The position numbers and the translations under genes are program-made. A DNA stretch of 63,925 nt, counting the filler, from Trichomonas gallinae (lineage: Eukaryota), in NCBI GenBank assembly GCA_008369845.1. It is 10 parts of 10 records of this genome, joined end to end, with 100 filler letters (N's around TTAATTAATTAA, not from the genome) between each part and the next. Parts side by side here need not be neighbours in the genome. Positions count along the whole stretch, not along the records: positions 1 to 13,002 come from MRSU01000191.1; positions 13,103 to 20,230 come from MRSU01000195.1; positions 20,331 to 40,746 come from MRSU01000196.1; 7 more parts are not named here. The stretch is one strand, 5' to 3'. Position 1 is the stretch's first letter. Every line of letters starts with the position of its first letter. Positions 10,986-21,444 of this stretch are shown one piece after another. Below the pieces are notes generated by a model. It saw only the letters and a program-made list of their open reading frames with translations. It searched no databases and had not been told where the DNA came from.

Positions 10986-12203
10986 ATGGGACTTAATTTT
11001 TCAGATTTATACCAGACTATATTAGGAATTTGGACGTGCTCACTTGCCGGCTTCATATTTGTCAAGTGTAAGATGTTCAATCCTAATGATATGCCTTTCC
11101 TTCAGTATGTTATCGATGCATGTTTTATTCCAGCTTTGTATTTTTACATGATTGCCAATAGTAAGCTAACATGGGAGAACTGGAAAGCATGTTTCCCAGT
11201 AATGGTCATACAATTCTTTATCCATTTAGTAATTTTCGTATTCAGTTTCATTGGAAAAACGACTTCTTTCGCTGAAAAGTACTTTAAAGCAATAACTTCA
11301 TATGGTTTTAGCCAATGGGATGTATTTGCTTACCAAATCTTAGATGAACTAGGAGCAAATCAATATCAGTTGATCGCAGTCTTTTATGGAATTTTAGATG
11401 AGTTCATCTACTTCCCAGTACTTAAAATATTGGTTTTCTACATGAGGCCAGGTTCGATGGACTTGAAATTGAATCAGGATAAAGGAAAATCTAGCGACAA
11501 CGATCAAGAACAGGAAGAGATCTCTGATATAACAGATCCAGAGGCAAACCCTGATACAGTGAAGATCGAAGTTGAAGGATCTTCGGAATCAAAATCATCT
11601 TCATCTGAAAAAGTTGTCGATGAAGACGAGGAAAACCTTTCAATAGATAAAGACGGCAATCCAAAAGACAATCTCAATATTAAGAATTCCGATAGCTCAA
11701 GTGAGCTTTCAGCTTCTGATGAAGCACCTGCTTCATTGAAATTCACATTGCTTTGGGCTTGGGTTAACTCAAGAACTATCTGTATAATTGCCGCTTTGAT
11801 CTATTCTGCAACAGTTAAATTCAAAATGCCGGACTACATTTCTGAGCTTTCTAAGTCACTCAGGGCGCCATCATTCCCATGCCTTTTGTTCCTTCTCGGT
11901 GTTCAGGTTGCTAATACCAAGCTTACGGTTTGGACACCAGGAATTTTAGTTTCTATCTTCGAAAGATATGTTTTCTGCCCATTGTTCATGGTGGGATTAT
12001 GCAGAGCATTCAAGATTGACTCATTGGCTGCTAAAGGAATGATCATGATGGCGATGAGTCCTCCAAGCAACAGATCTCACATTGCAATGGGCAACTCTGA
12101 ATCCATGGAAAAGCCAAAAGCAATCTATGCATGGACAATGCTAATGTGGCTTCCAATGGCTTTCATCTGGGGAGCAATCATCATCAAAACCAATATTGTT
12201 TAA
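10986..12203 (+). CDS. Auxin efflux carrier (AEC/PIN-like) family membrane transporter
   Basis: Two blocks of about 5 TM helices separated by an acidic Ser-rich loop, with FIPALYF, PCLLFLLG and RYVFCPLFM motifs. Start could be 10953 or 10986. Confidence 0.75.
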   Translation: MGLNFSDLYQTILGIWTCSLAGFIFVKCKMFNPNDMPFLQYVIDACFIPALYFYMIANSKLTWENWKACFPVMVIQFFIHLVIFVFSFIGKTTSFAEKYFKAITSYGFSQWDVFAYQILDELGANQYQLIAVFYGILDEFIYFPVLKILVFYMRPGSMDLKLNQDKGKSSDNDQEQEEISDITDPEANPDTVKIEVEGSSESKSSSSEKVVDEDEENLSIDKDGNPKDNLNIKNSDSSSELSASDEAPASLKFTLLWAWVNSRTICIIAALIYSATVKFKMPDYISELSKSLRAPSFPCLLFLLGVQVANTKLTVWTPGILVSIFERYVFCPLFMVGLCRAFKIDSLAAKGMIMMAMSPPSNRSHIAMGNSESMEKPKAIYAWTMLMWLPMAFIWGAIIIKTNIV

Positions 12204-12497
12204 TTATAAAATACTATATATAGCATACCACCATTTACAACAATGATTTTTCCTCATTTCGGCATCAAATTATATTTTTGTTTAAATTCACAATAATAAA
12301 GTCACCTAATGTCGACTAAAAACATCAGCATGAATATTATTTTACACCAATATTCTTTGAATAATTTCAATTTTTCAAATTTCATTGATTTATATGAAAT
12401 CTACTAGTTATATACACTGTATATCAGTTATATGTGCTATATTTAAGTTCTACTAGAACGAAAAATTAATTTTCGGAAATGAATTTTTTTGCAATAA

Positions 12498-12826
12498 ATT
12501 TGTTAATTATCATAGAGACTAATAAATTTAATTATAATATCTAGCATCACATGTCAATACTTTTTCTAGTGTTTGAACCTTTAAAAAATATTCTTAGTCT
12601 TATTATAGCATCTATAAAAATATAATGACAAGTAAATATTTACATGGCATATAATTTTGTAAATTAGTATCAAGACTAATATTGAAATATCATATCTAGT
12701 ATCCCATACCAATACTTTTTCTAGCGTTTGAGCCTTTGAAAACTATTCTAAGTCTAGTGATAGCATTTAGAAAAATTGACAAGTAAATTATAATTATGAT
12801 AAGTAAATATTTACATGACAAATAAT
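12498..12826. repeat. Degenerate tandem duplication of ~160 bp upstream of RPS3
   Basis: Two copies (about 12498-12655 and 12656-12826) share agactaata...tatctag..tc.cat..caatactttttctag.gtttga.cctt...tagcat...aagtaaatatttacatg.ca.ataat. Confidence 0.8.
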
Positions 12827-12874
12827 CTCGGTTTGTCAATAAAAGTGTTGTAAAGTCTATCGGTCTTGGTCGAG

Positions 12875-12880
12875 CCTTTT
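12875..12880 (+). promoter_or_regulatory. M5-like (CCTTT) core promoter / transcription start element
   Basis: CCTTTT lies 10 nt upstream of the RPS3 ATG. In T. vaginalis, CCTTT (M5) is an Inr alternative enriched at ribosomal protein genes. Confidence 0.55.
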
Positions 12881-12889
12881 TGTACTTTC

Positions 12890-13002
12890 ATGAAGGCTCA
12901 GCGCTGCACAAAGGTACGCCGTATCATCGAGACAGGCCTCTTCTACGCCGAACTCAACGAGCTCCTCACACGTGAACTCACAAAGGAGGGCTACGGCGGT
13001 GT
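12890..13002 (+). CDS. RPS3: 40S ribosomal protein S3 (uS3), N-terminal fragment cut by an assembly gap
   Basis: MKAQRCTKVRRIIETGLFYAELNELLTRELTKEGYGG matches the uS3 N-terminus (GxFxAELNEFLTRELxEDGY). Strongly biased codon usage. Confidence 0.93.
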
Positions 13003-13102
13003 NNNNNNNNNNNNNNNNNNNNNNNNNNNNNNNNNNNNNNNNNNNNTTAATTAATTAANNNNNNNNNNNNNNNNNNNNNNNNNNNNNNNNNNNNNNNNNN
13101 NN
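13003..13102. other. Artificial contig linker N44-TTAATTAATTAA-N44
   Basis: Six-frame stop linker. Identical linkers occur at 20231-20330, 40747-40846, 47365-47464, 52162-52261, 53858-53957, 56969-57068, 61025-61124 and 62303-62402. Confidence 0.98.
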
Positions 13103-13103
13103 A

Positions 13104-13135
<32 letters not shown>

Positions 13136-13153
13136 AGTTAAAGAATATACGCT

Positions 13154-14929
13154 TTAGAAATCTTCAAGCATAGCGATCTGTTTGTCATCAAGCTCTTTCT
13201 CATGAGCGAAGTATGCAGTCTTCTTTCTTCCCTCACCGCGAAGGCGCTTAACAATGAAAACTACAGCTAAGAGTGCAAGAGCCATGACGATGATGATAAC
13301 AGAAATAGTTATAATGATTTTAGAAACCTTTCCAAGCCTGAAGCCACTGCTGTTTGAGCTCTCTATGACAAGAGGATATCTGTCGAAGTACAAATTGTTG
13401 AGGTACATTGTCCTACAGAATCTCTCTGGATCTGGGCAAAACACATCAGCATCTAAAACTTCGCTAACTTTCTCGTCATAATATCTATAGTGATATCCTT
13501 TGAAAGCTTTATCCTTTGTGCATTCAAGCTTCACTTCTTTGTCGTTGTGCTTGCTCTTCTCGGCCACGATAATTTTGACTGATGAGTTTCCGCTGCATTG
13601 GTATTTGAAGCAATGTTCTCTAGTACCTGTGAATGCGGCTGTGCCTGCTTCGCAAACATCTCTTGGAAACATAACAGATGCATAATCATAGAACTTAAGA
13701 CCAATGTAGTCGTAGTTATCTGGGTTGTAGTATTCTTTGTTCTTGCAATATTCAGAATATTGTTCAGATGGGCAAGATGGAGCCTTTTCTGTGAGAGGAT
13801 TGCCATAATACATGAAGTTAAAGCTTGCGGAGTAACTAGTTGTGTTCCTATAAAGATATCCAGATGGGAATGTTCTATATGGTGATCCAAGAGCGAAATT
13901 CGTGATGTAGCGGTCGCTAATAGACTCTGGATGTCCCCAAACAAGTGGCTGAACGAGTTTATAGTCAACTTCATAAAATCCAGAATCTTCAAGAATGGCT
14001 AATGTAGCATCTGTGACTCTGAGAACCTTTCCTGGGGATGGAACTTGGAATTGGGTCAAGACTTCTGTGAAATAACGAAGAGACTCTAATTTTGATAATT
14101 TTTCTGTTGGGTCACCAAAGTTATCTACGAGCTGGATGCCTGAAAGGCATTTTTCTCCGTTGTCTCCTGTGAAGTAATCATCGCCAAAGTGCTTCTGAGC
14201 GAAAATGTGAGATTTTGGTGTAGATAGGAATGTAACATTGTTTCCATTCTTCTTGAATGAGCAGAGGATTGTGGTGTGTGGAACAACGGAATCCTTTGGA
14301 TGATAATTCTTGAAATGCTCGCCATCAATACCTAAAATGTGAAAAACATTGCTTAAAATGGAATAATAGAAAGTATTATCCTTTGTTAAGTCTGTTTCAA
14401 CCGAATCAGGAACGGTTTGTGGGTTAATGTAAAGAAATCCCTGCCTTGGACGGAAATATTCATCTGGGTTCATCGAAGCGGAAAAACAAGGGCCTAAGTT
14501 CTCTGTATATGGCCTAGCAACAACTGTGATGTAAAGATCGACGTTGCTAACAGCCATTTTTGTATCTAAATTGGTATATTTATTTTCTAAGTGGAATGAA
14601 CTAGAAACTTGACGTACTTTAACAAGCTTTTTGATATATTCGACGGCATGTGATACTGTTCCCTCGATAACTTTTCTCTTTTTGTCATCCATCAAATCTC
14701 CTTCTTTGCACGTTGCTTTGTACTTCCATTCAATGGTTTCACCGGTCTTTGAGCACCTCAATGGATCTGTTTTGTTCAGTAAATATGAAAAATCAGTGAA
14801 AATTCTGATATTATTAAATTTAACGTCATCTAATCCAATATGCAGAGCACTGCTGCCTCCTTTGACATTTTGAAGCTGTTTTCTGATGTTTGTTTGCGAA
14901 AATGACGACGAAATGAAAAGATTGAACAT
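13154..14929 (-). CDS. GP63-like (leishmanolysin, peptidase M8) type I membrane protein, zinc motif degenerate
   Basis: DLYITVVARP, RPRQGFLYINP, TDATLAILEDSGFYEVDY, Cys-rich C-terminal half with CPDPERFC, TM helix and short tail. HExxH is replaced by SNVFH. Confidence 0.85.
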   Translation of the reverse strand: MFNLFISSSFSQTNIRKQLQNVKGGSSALHIGLDDVKFNNIRIFTDFSYLLNKTDPLRCSKTGETIEWKYKATCKEGDLMDDKKRKVIEGTVSHAVEYIKKLVKVRQVSSSFHLENKYTNLDTKMAVSNVDLYITVVARPYTENLGPCFSASMNPDEYFRPRQGFLYINPQTVPDSVETDLTKDNTFYYSILSNVFHILGIDGEHFKNYHPKDSVVPHTTILCSFKKNGNNVTFLSTPKSHIFAQKHFGDDYFTGDNGEKCLSGIQLVDNFGDPTEKLSKLESLRYFTEVLTQFQVPSPGKVLRVTDATLAILEDSGFYEVDYKLVQPLVWGHPESISDRYITNFALGSPYRTFPSGYLYRNTTSYSASFNFMYYGNPLTEKAPSCPSEQYSEYCKNKEYYNPDNYDYIGLKFYDYASVMFPRDVCEAGTAAFTGTREHCFKYQCSGNSSVKIIVAEKSKHNDKEVKLECTKDKAFKGYHYRYYDEKVSEVLDADVFCPDPERFCRTMYLNNLYFDRYPLVIESSNSSGFRLGKVSKIIITISVIIIVMALALLAVVFIVKRLRGEGRKKTAYFAHEKELDDKQIAMLEDF

Positions 14930-16662
14930 GGAAATGAAATGAGAGGAATAAAAAATAATTCTTTCAAATTTATCGTTAATTTATTTCATCGGAATTCGAC
15001 TAAGAACTCCCCAACTTTGAGAAATACGAGATCAAGCTAGTAAATTTTATTTTCTGTCATGTAAATATTAAAGTGGCAGAACTATATCAAATGACAATAA
15101 ATTTGATAACAATATCAAATATAACAAAATTGTCAATTTGTAATACTAAATATTACGGGTGCAACAGATCATTTAAATGTTTTAAAACTAATATTGTTGC
15201 TTCTAAGATTATTTTCACTTTATATGATTTGATATTTGAATTGATAATAATCGTATGTTCAGAATTTAATTTTTCAATTAATTATCATAATTTTTTCTTT
15301 CAAAAATGATTGCCAATCGTTAAATAAATTAAATTTAATTTTGATTAAATATTTTTGCTTTCAAAATATAACCTTAATTAAATAAAAAGTATCTACCAAA
15401 ATTATCAAGCAAAATTGGCCGAAAGTTTGTAAGTATATCGACCACCAATGTAAACATCATAATATGTTGGTGTTCAGTTTATTCAGTTATAGGATCATGT
15501 AATCTCAAACAGTCAAAAACCATAATTGTAAACTGTTTATTCACAGTTATTTGTCAAATAAATATTTACGTGGCAAAAATATTTCGATATCATAGATCAG
15601 CAGGATCAAGGCATTTTGCATATGTATCCTCCATATGGCATTGTATGTGTTTATAGAGTATGAGCCAAATTTATAGGTTATTTGGATGTTTCTTGACCCT
15701 TGTAATTATCGTGATCTGAATAAGTTAAGCATAACACGATGCACGTAAAATAGTGGATATCAAAGCATTGATTTCACTTTTTGTTCATATTCTTGCTACT
15801 GAAACTTAATAATAATATCAAAAGTATTTTTTTTTATGATTCATCACATTTTCGAGAAAATATGAAATATATACTTAATACAAAACTTCTCCTTGTTACC
15901 CAAATAGATGATAAATTCTATAAATTATTTTTTTAGGAAATATTCATTAGTCTAAATTAGCTGTGAAGTAGATACTGTTTGCATGTCTTATGTGTTCAAT
16001 ACAGTACTCGCAAACATGTAAGATTTAAAATGAAATATAATATTACCAATAAATTTTAATGAACTAAGGTCATTTATTTAAACCATATAAATACTTTTCT
16101 GTACTTTGACTATGTCTCTTTTAATTTAATCAATAATTGAAGAAGAGTATTCTTTCAAATTGATATTAAATATTCATTGAATATTTTGCATGCTATTCAA
16201 TTATATGACTCATTTATAATCATAAAATTCTGTCATTTATTATCAAACTCATGTTGTTTGCAATTTCGCAATATTTGAACTGATGATTCGATTAAATATG
16301 GGCAATGCATTAGTATATGTGCATCAATTACCCTTCAATCGCTAGCAAAAGTCTTTAAAATGACAAAAAGTGTTATAATTTTTGTTTATCATTATTAGAG
16401 ATGTGCAAACTGGCCATTTAATGCTGAATTCGCTGATTTTGGAAAAATTTCGATGATTCACATCATACACAGTTAAATAAACAAGTTTCCAATTTTCAGT
16501 AAAAACCTTTATCGTTCGTCCTGTTTTTCAGGGCTCTGTCGGGAAACATTCAAAAGTTTGAATATGTAATAAAATCATGTGTGTATGTATAAGTGCATCC
16601 AATTATAATATGGGAATTTTCACAAAACCGCTCTTTCGGAATTTATTGTTTTCCATTCATTG

Positions 16663-17400
16663 ATGACAAAAACTGCCTACATATTACAAATGAATTGCTT
16701 CAAGCAATACAAGATAGTCAACCTGGCACGCAATGAGTTGAACAGTATGAAGAAATCATATGAATTCCTGAAGCAATTTGAAGGAACAGCATTCTTAGAT
16801 TTTATGAAATCTACGAACGCGAGAAATCAAATTATTACATACCAAGAGGTACACTTGGTCCTATACTTCCTTCGTCACATCGGATACGACATCTATCTCT
16901 CAAGAGAAACATACAAAAGAAGAATGTTGCTAGCTTTAACAATTGAGCGTTCTTGGCACGACATTTCGAAGTTCTTTACCAACATGGTCATCCTCGAATG
17001 CAATGAAAAGCAACAATTCTTCATGAAAAAAAATCATAGTGTTCAAAACATGCTCGAATCTCTGAATACGATGCAAGAAAAAAGAGACTTCTTGTGCAGC
17101 TTAGAGAGCGTAAGAATCTACTCTTTCATTGGCTGCGAGCTCGAAGAAAAATTCTATATTACTTTTAGCAAAGAACGCTCGAAATACGCTGTCGCACATG
17201 TCTACTACATCAAAAATGGACTTTTAAGGGTTTATGATGGAAATGAAATAAAAAAGCCAAGCTGCCTAAATCGTTGGGAGCAAAGTTTTGTTCCGCAGAA
17301 TCTAGCGATCAATGCAAATATTATAGTCGAAGAAGCTCAGGAACAAGTATTTCCAGAGCAAGAGCAACAAGATTTCGAGAGCATTGGCATCAACTGGTGA
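16663..17400 (+). CDS. Hypothetical protein
   Basis: 245-aa ORF with coding-like composition and Inr TCATT just upstream. No recognised domain. Confidence 0.75.
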   Translation: MTKTAYILQMNCFKQYKIVNLARNELNSMKKSYEFLKQFEGTAFLDFMKSTNARNQIITYQEVHLVLYFLRHIGYDIYLSRETYKRRMLLALTIERSWHDISKFFTNMVILECNEKQQFFMKKNHSVQNMLESLNTMQEKRDFLCSLESVRIYSFIGCELEEKFYITFSKERSKYAVAHVYYIKNGLLRVYDGNEIKKPSCLNRWEQSFVPQNLAINANIIVEEAQEQVFPEQEQQDFESIGINW

Positions 17401-18821
17401 AAATATAACATGATAATGTTTTATTAATTTTTGTTAGAATATAAATTATTTATTAAAATGCTTTTAATTTAATGAATTGATGATGAAATGCTATATATGA
17501 CGATGGTTCATCCTAATTTGAAAAATCAAGACACTTCCGACAGATTTTAATATGTCATTCAAATAAATGCATTTTTTCCAAAATATGAGTAATTCTTTGA
17601 AATCCACACAAATATATGATGCGTGGTGCTTACTGGTGGTATTTCATAGGTTAACCAATTTGTAGTTCATTTGATGCATATTATCATAATTAATCAAGAT
17701 TGCATATTGTGAATTTCCATGGAATTATATGTATATTTAATATGTCAGTATTGATTTTAAAATAATGAATTTTCATAAAATCAGATTTGAATTTTCATTG
17801 GGTAGCCTCATGGAAATAGTTATTTTTAGGAGTATTTCAATAATATATATTTTTACATTATTTAATTTATCCATATTACTTTTCTATCCCATTAAAAATA
17901 GGAATTTTTTATTGAAAGTTTTTACAAATCTCATAAATGATAAATGAATTATAAATCTTTTTGTTCTCATTTTGTACATATTATTTAGTTGCGAATTTCA
18001 TTCCATTGCTTAATATAGCTGTGTAACATGGAATTGTGTGAATTCATGAGTTCATTTTGAAAAATTCAATATTTATTCAAGTTTCTTACCGATAATAACA
18101 TAACATCTTATTACATTCTTAATGTAAATAGGATTATTATCATTTCCTTAAAATGTATGATCACAAAAACGAATGTTTTGAGTCATTTTGATTTGATATT
18201 ACTGATTGGTTTTAGGAAAATGTATCTTTTCACATTGAAATATAAATATGTACATGATAAGTATTTTATATCAAGTGTTTTCTATATTCTTCGATTGTAA
18301 AATTTTAAACCGATTGTAAATTTTTTTGAAAGGAAAAACCGTTTTATTCCGAAAGGAAAACCTATAACACAATATAACAATCATTGATAGACTATAATCA
18401 TAAAAAGTGACAAACATTTAGCTAAAAAAATTCGATTCCTATATTTATATTATATAAGATTTATGAGAAATATAAGAATCATAAAAGTGACAAATATTTT
18501 GCTAAAATTTTTTCGGCTTCAAAATTTTGAAAATTTTATCAAAAGTCAATCAATATTTCGATGAGATATGACCATATTTAATATAATATCAGAAAAATCA
18601 AAGACCAAAATTCATAAGAAATAATAAAATCAACCATTTTATATACGAAAATGATGTTTTCGGCTACATTAGCTGACTACAAATATAATAAGATTGAGAT
18701 AAAAAGATTTTGGAGGTAAAATAAATTGAAATAAAAAGTGGTCATCGGTTTTATCGTTTTAATCAGAATTCATAATCGTTTATGGATAAATTGAATATAG
18801 AAAAAAAGTCATTTTTTTAAT

Positions 18822-19262
18822 ATGTCACTTATGGATTTTATGTCCACTGTCGATATCAACTTAATTATCCATAGGGATGCCGAAGATATCAAGATAGGAT
18901 TCCCTTTTGATATGAAGAATGACAGAGTTGAAGATATCCTTGCCGAGTTAACTGAAACTCTCGGATTAAACGATTCAGAAATTGAAAGCGTTGAGGCATC
19001 GATACAACAACAGCTGGCTCAAAACCGCGATAAGATGCCAGATGCAGAATTTTACGCTCAATCTCCGTCAGATGACCTTTCGGACGGCTTAGACGAAGAA
19101 ATATTCAGTGACCCTGAATACCAGGCCCTTTTGAAACGTCAAAGGGAAGAAATAAATGCAATGGAAGAGCGCCATTTCATGCAGCAACGAGAGCTTATGA
19201 ACAGCCAATTATCTCCGCCTACAGTTACAAATGCAGTAGATGATTTAATTGTATTCAGCTAA
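18822..19262 (+). CDS. Small protein with WNK/OSR1 CCT-like domain and C-terminal coiled coil, no kinase domain
   Basis: IKIGFPFDMKNDRVEDILAELTETLGL resembles the WNK/SPAK CCT pattern IxFxFDxxxDTxxxVAxE. LLKRQREEINAMEERH is a coiled coil. Inr TCATT at 18809. Confidence 0.65.
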   Translation: MSLMDFMSTVDINLIIHRDAEDIKIGFPFDMKNDRVEDILAELTETLGLNDSEIESVEASIQQQLAQNRDKMPDAEFYAQSPSDDLSDGLDEEIFSDPEYQALLKRQREEINAMEERHFMQQRELMNSQLSPPTVTNAVDDLIVFS

Positions 19263-19559
19263 TTAGTGTAATCTAGACAGAATAATTTCAACTCTTTCCG
19301 TCATTGTGTCACAGTTCATTCGCGCGTGACGCAGATGATTTAATTTGACAATTCTACGATCGTTTATGACGAATATTCGTGTTTATATGAATATTTTATC
19401 TCTTTGTTATTTTTAAACGTTTCAAATAGAACTGGTTTTTATACCATAGCAAAGCATGCATGACATATATGAGGTACTATGAATACAGCTTTACGAGATA
19501 ATGATCCAAATTTTGGCCAAAATCGAATCTAAATTGATCGATTTTTTACGAGAAAAAAT

Positions 19560-19830
19560 AATGAAGACAGTCATTGGTTATTAATTCATGTGGAAAAACA
19601 ACAAAAATGTATATATTCAATGAAATCAAATTATCATAGCTGATGTTGAATATATTCCATAAGAAAGGTGATTATGATCTTCATAACGAAGCTTGAGACC
19701 TATTGTTTCGACTATATGGCCAAGTTTTTTCATTTACAAAATAAAGAATCATCAATGCTGGTCAAATTGGAGGAAAATTGAAGGATCCAGCTTGGCACCT
19801 TCATACAAGCGGAGTCCACAAGTGAATAAA
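19560..19830 (+). pseudogene. Decayed glycosyltransferase-like remnant
   Basis: Stop-interrupted fragments QIIIADVEYIP* and LYGQVFSFTK*RIINAGQIGG echo the RIIKVD and YICAGYFGG motifs of the intact protein at 52309-53433. Confidence 0.3.
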
Positions 19831-20537
19831 AAAAAGATGTTTATTAGCGACAATGCACCGTTAATGTAGGATCAATACATATAATGAATGATATAATGGA
19901 ATCAAAAGAATAATTTATGCGGTGAACACATTGATAATATCTGAAATTTTAAAGAATGTATGCATACAAATATATTGCACACTCCTTAAGCAAATATCTT
20001 TTTGATTTTCTGCCTACCTCTATTTGTAATGAAATGCTCTAGCTATTGATCTCGTTTGGCGAACTTTTGTGGCGCGTGTGCCAAACGAGATTTCTATTCT
20101 AACAGAATAAGCTTGCTTTCCCTATTTTCACCACCGAATCTTCATAAATTAACAAGCAGTTATCCTCTGTTTTATGATTAAACGAAAAAATGAGTCGTTC
20201 ACTTTTGCACCACTTTGCACCATTGTAAACNNNNNNNNNNNNNNNNNNNNNNNNNNNNNNNNNNNNNNNNNNNNTTAATTAATTAANNNNNNNNNNNNNN
20301 NNNNNNNNNNNNNNNNNNNNNNNNNNNNNNAAGCCCCCTGCATTAATTTGATAGACCCTGCTGTCTGCCCTTTTTTCCGGTGTCTGCCCCTTTTTCCTGC
20401 CACTCTAATTGAACAACTAACGAAATTTTTGGTATTGTCACTTTTAGAACGATAATTTTTAAGGATCGTCACTTTTTTACCTACTGAAATTTTACTATAT
20501 TGAAAATATCTAAAAAAAAAATCACAAACAAAAAGAG

Positions 20538-20993
20538 ATGCTGCATTCAATGTATACTCAGAGGAAGAGGCACTTCACACAGGTCGAAGACAACAAGTTA
20601 AAGCAGCTTGTTAATGAACATGGACAGAACTGGCCAGTTGTTGCTAAGTTGATGAAAAATAGGAATGCGAGACAATGCAGGGAACGGTATACAAAGTTTC
20701 TCTCACCGGAAATCAATAGGGGACCTTTTACTAGGGAAGAGGATAATACCATCTTGGATTTATATAATGTGTATGGAGCACAATGGGTGAAGATCGCATC
20801 ACACTTAGCGGGAAGATCAGATGCAAGCATTAAAGCTAGATATAAATTGATCATACGTAAGAGATCTAATGTGATTTCTGATAATCAAACCCATCAGGTG
20901 GAAAATATACATTTGAAATTCAGCGAGGATGATGAATATAATACAATAGATGACGATATGTATGATGTATTTCTTACTTTTGAAGTGTTTTAA
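20538..20993 (+). CDS. R2R3-Myb DNA-binding protein
   Basis: FTQVEDNKL...W..VA...RNARQCRERYTKFLSP...FTREED...YGAQW..IA..L.GRSDASIKARY, with an acidic/aromatic tail. Confidence 0.93.
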   Translation: MLHSMYTQRKRHFTQVEDNKLKQLVNEHGQNWPVVAKLMKNRNARQCRERYTKFLSPEINRGPFTREEDNTILDLYNVYGAQWVKIASHLAGRSDASIKARYKLIIRKRSNVISDNQTHQVENIHLKFSEDDEYNTIDDDMYDVFLTFEVF

Positions 20994-21444
20994 CAATAAA
21001 CCTATCTATATTTATGATATTAAAATATCAACTTAATTTTTAGACTTTTAAATCGCAAATCCATCAAATATCAAATATATCTAAAAGAAATATCTTCTGT
21101 TGAAATTATTCTCAACTGATTTTCAGTTTTCCAAATAAACCACAAATATTTCATCAAATATTATGTTTAATTTTGCATTTTTTCAATAAATATGATTCAA
21201 CACAACACATATTTAGCATTAAATTTCAAAATAATAAAAAAATTTTACCAACATATTATTTGTGCTGTAACTTATTAGGTAATGGTTGTAGTTTATTATA
21301 AATAAGATAGATGTGTTTATAAGATCAATTACTAAAAGTATCATCTTCAGCAGTCTCACCTTTGATATTCTTTGAAAGATAGAATAGGATAAAAGACAGA
21401 AATATAAAATAGATTTATTTCTGTCATGAAAATTTTATTATTCT

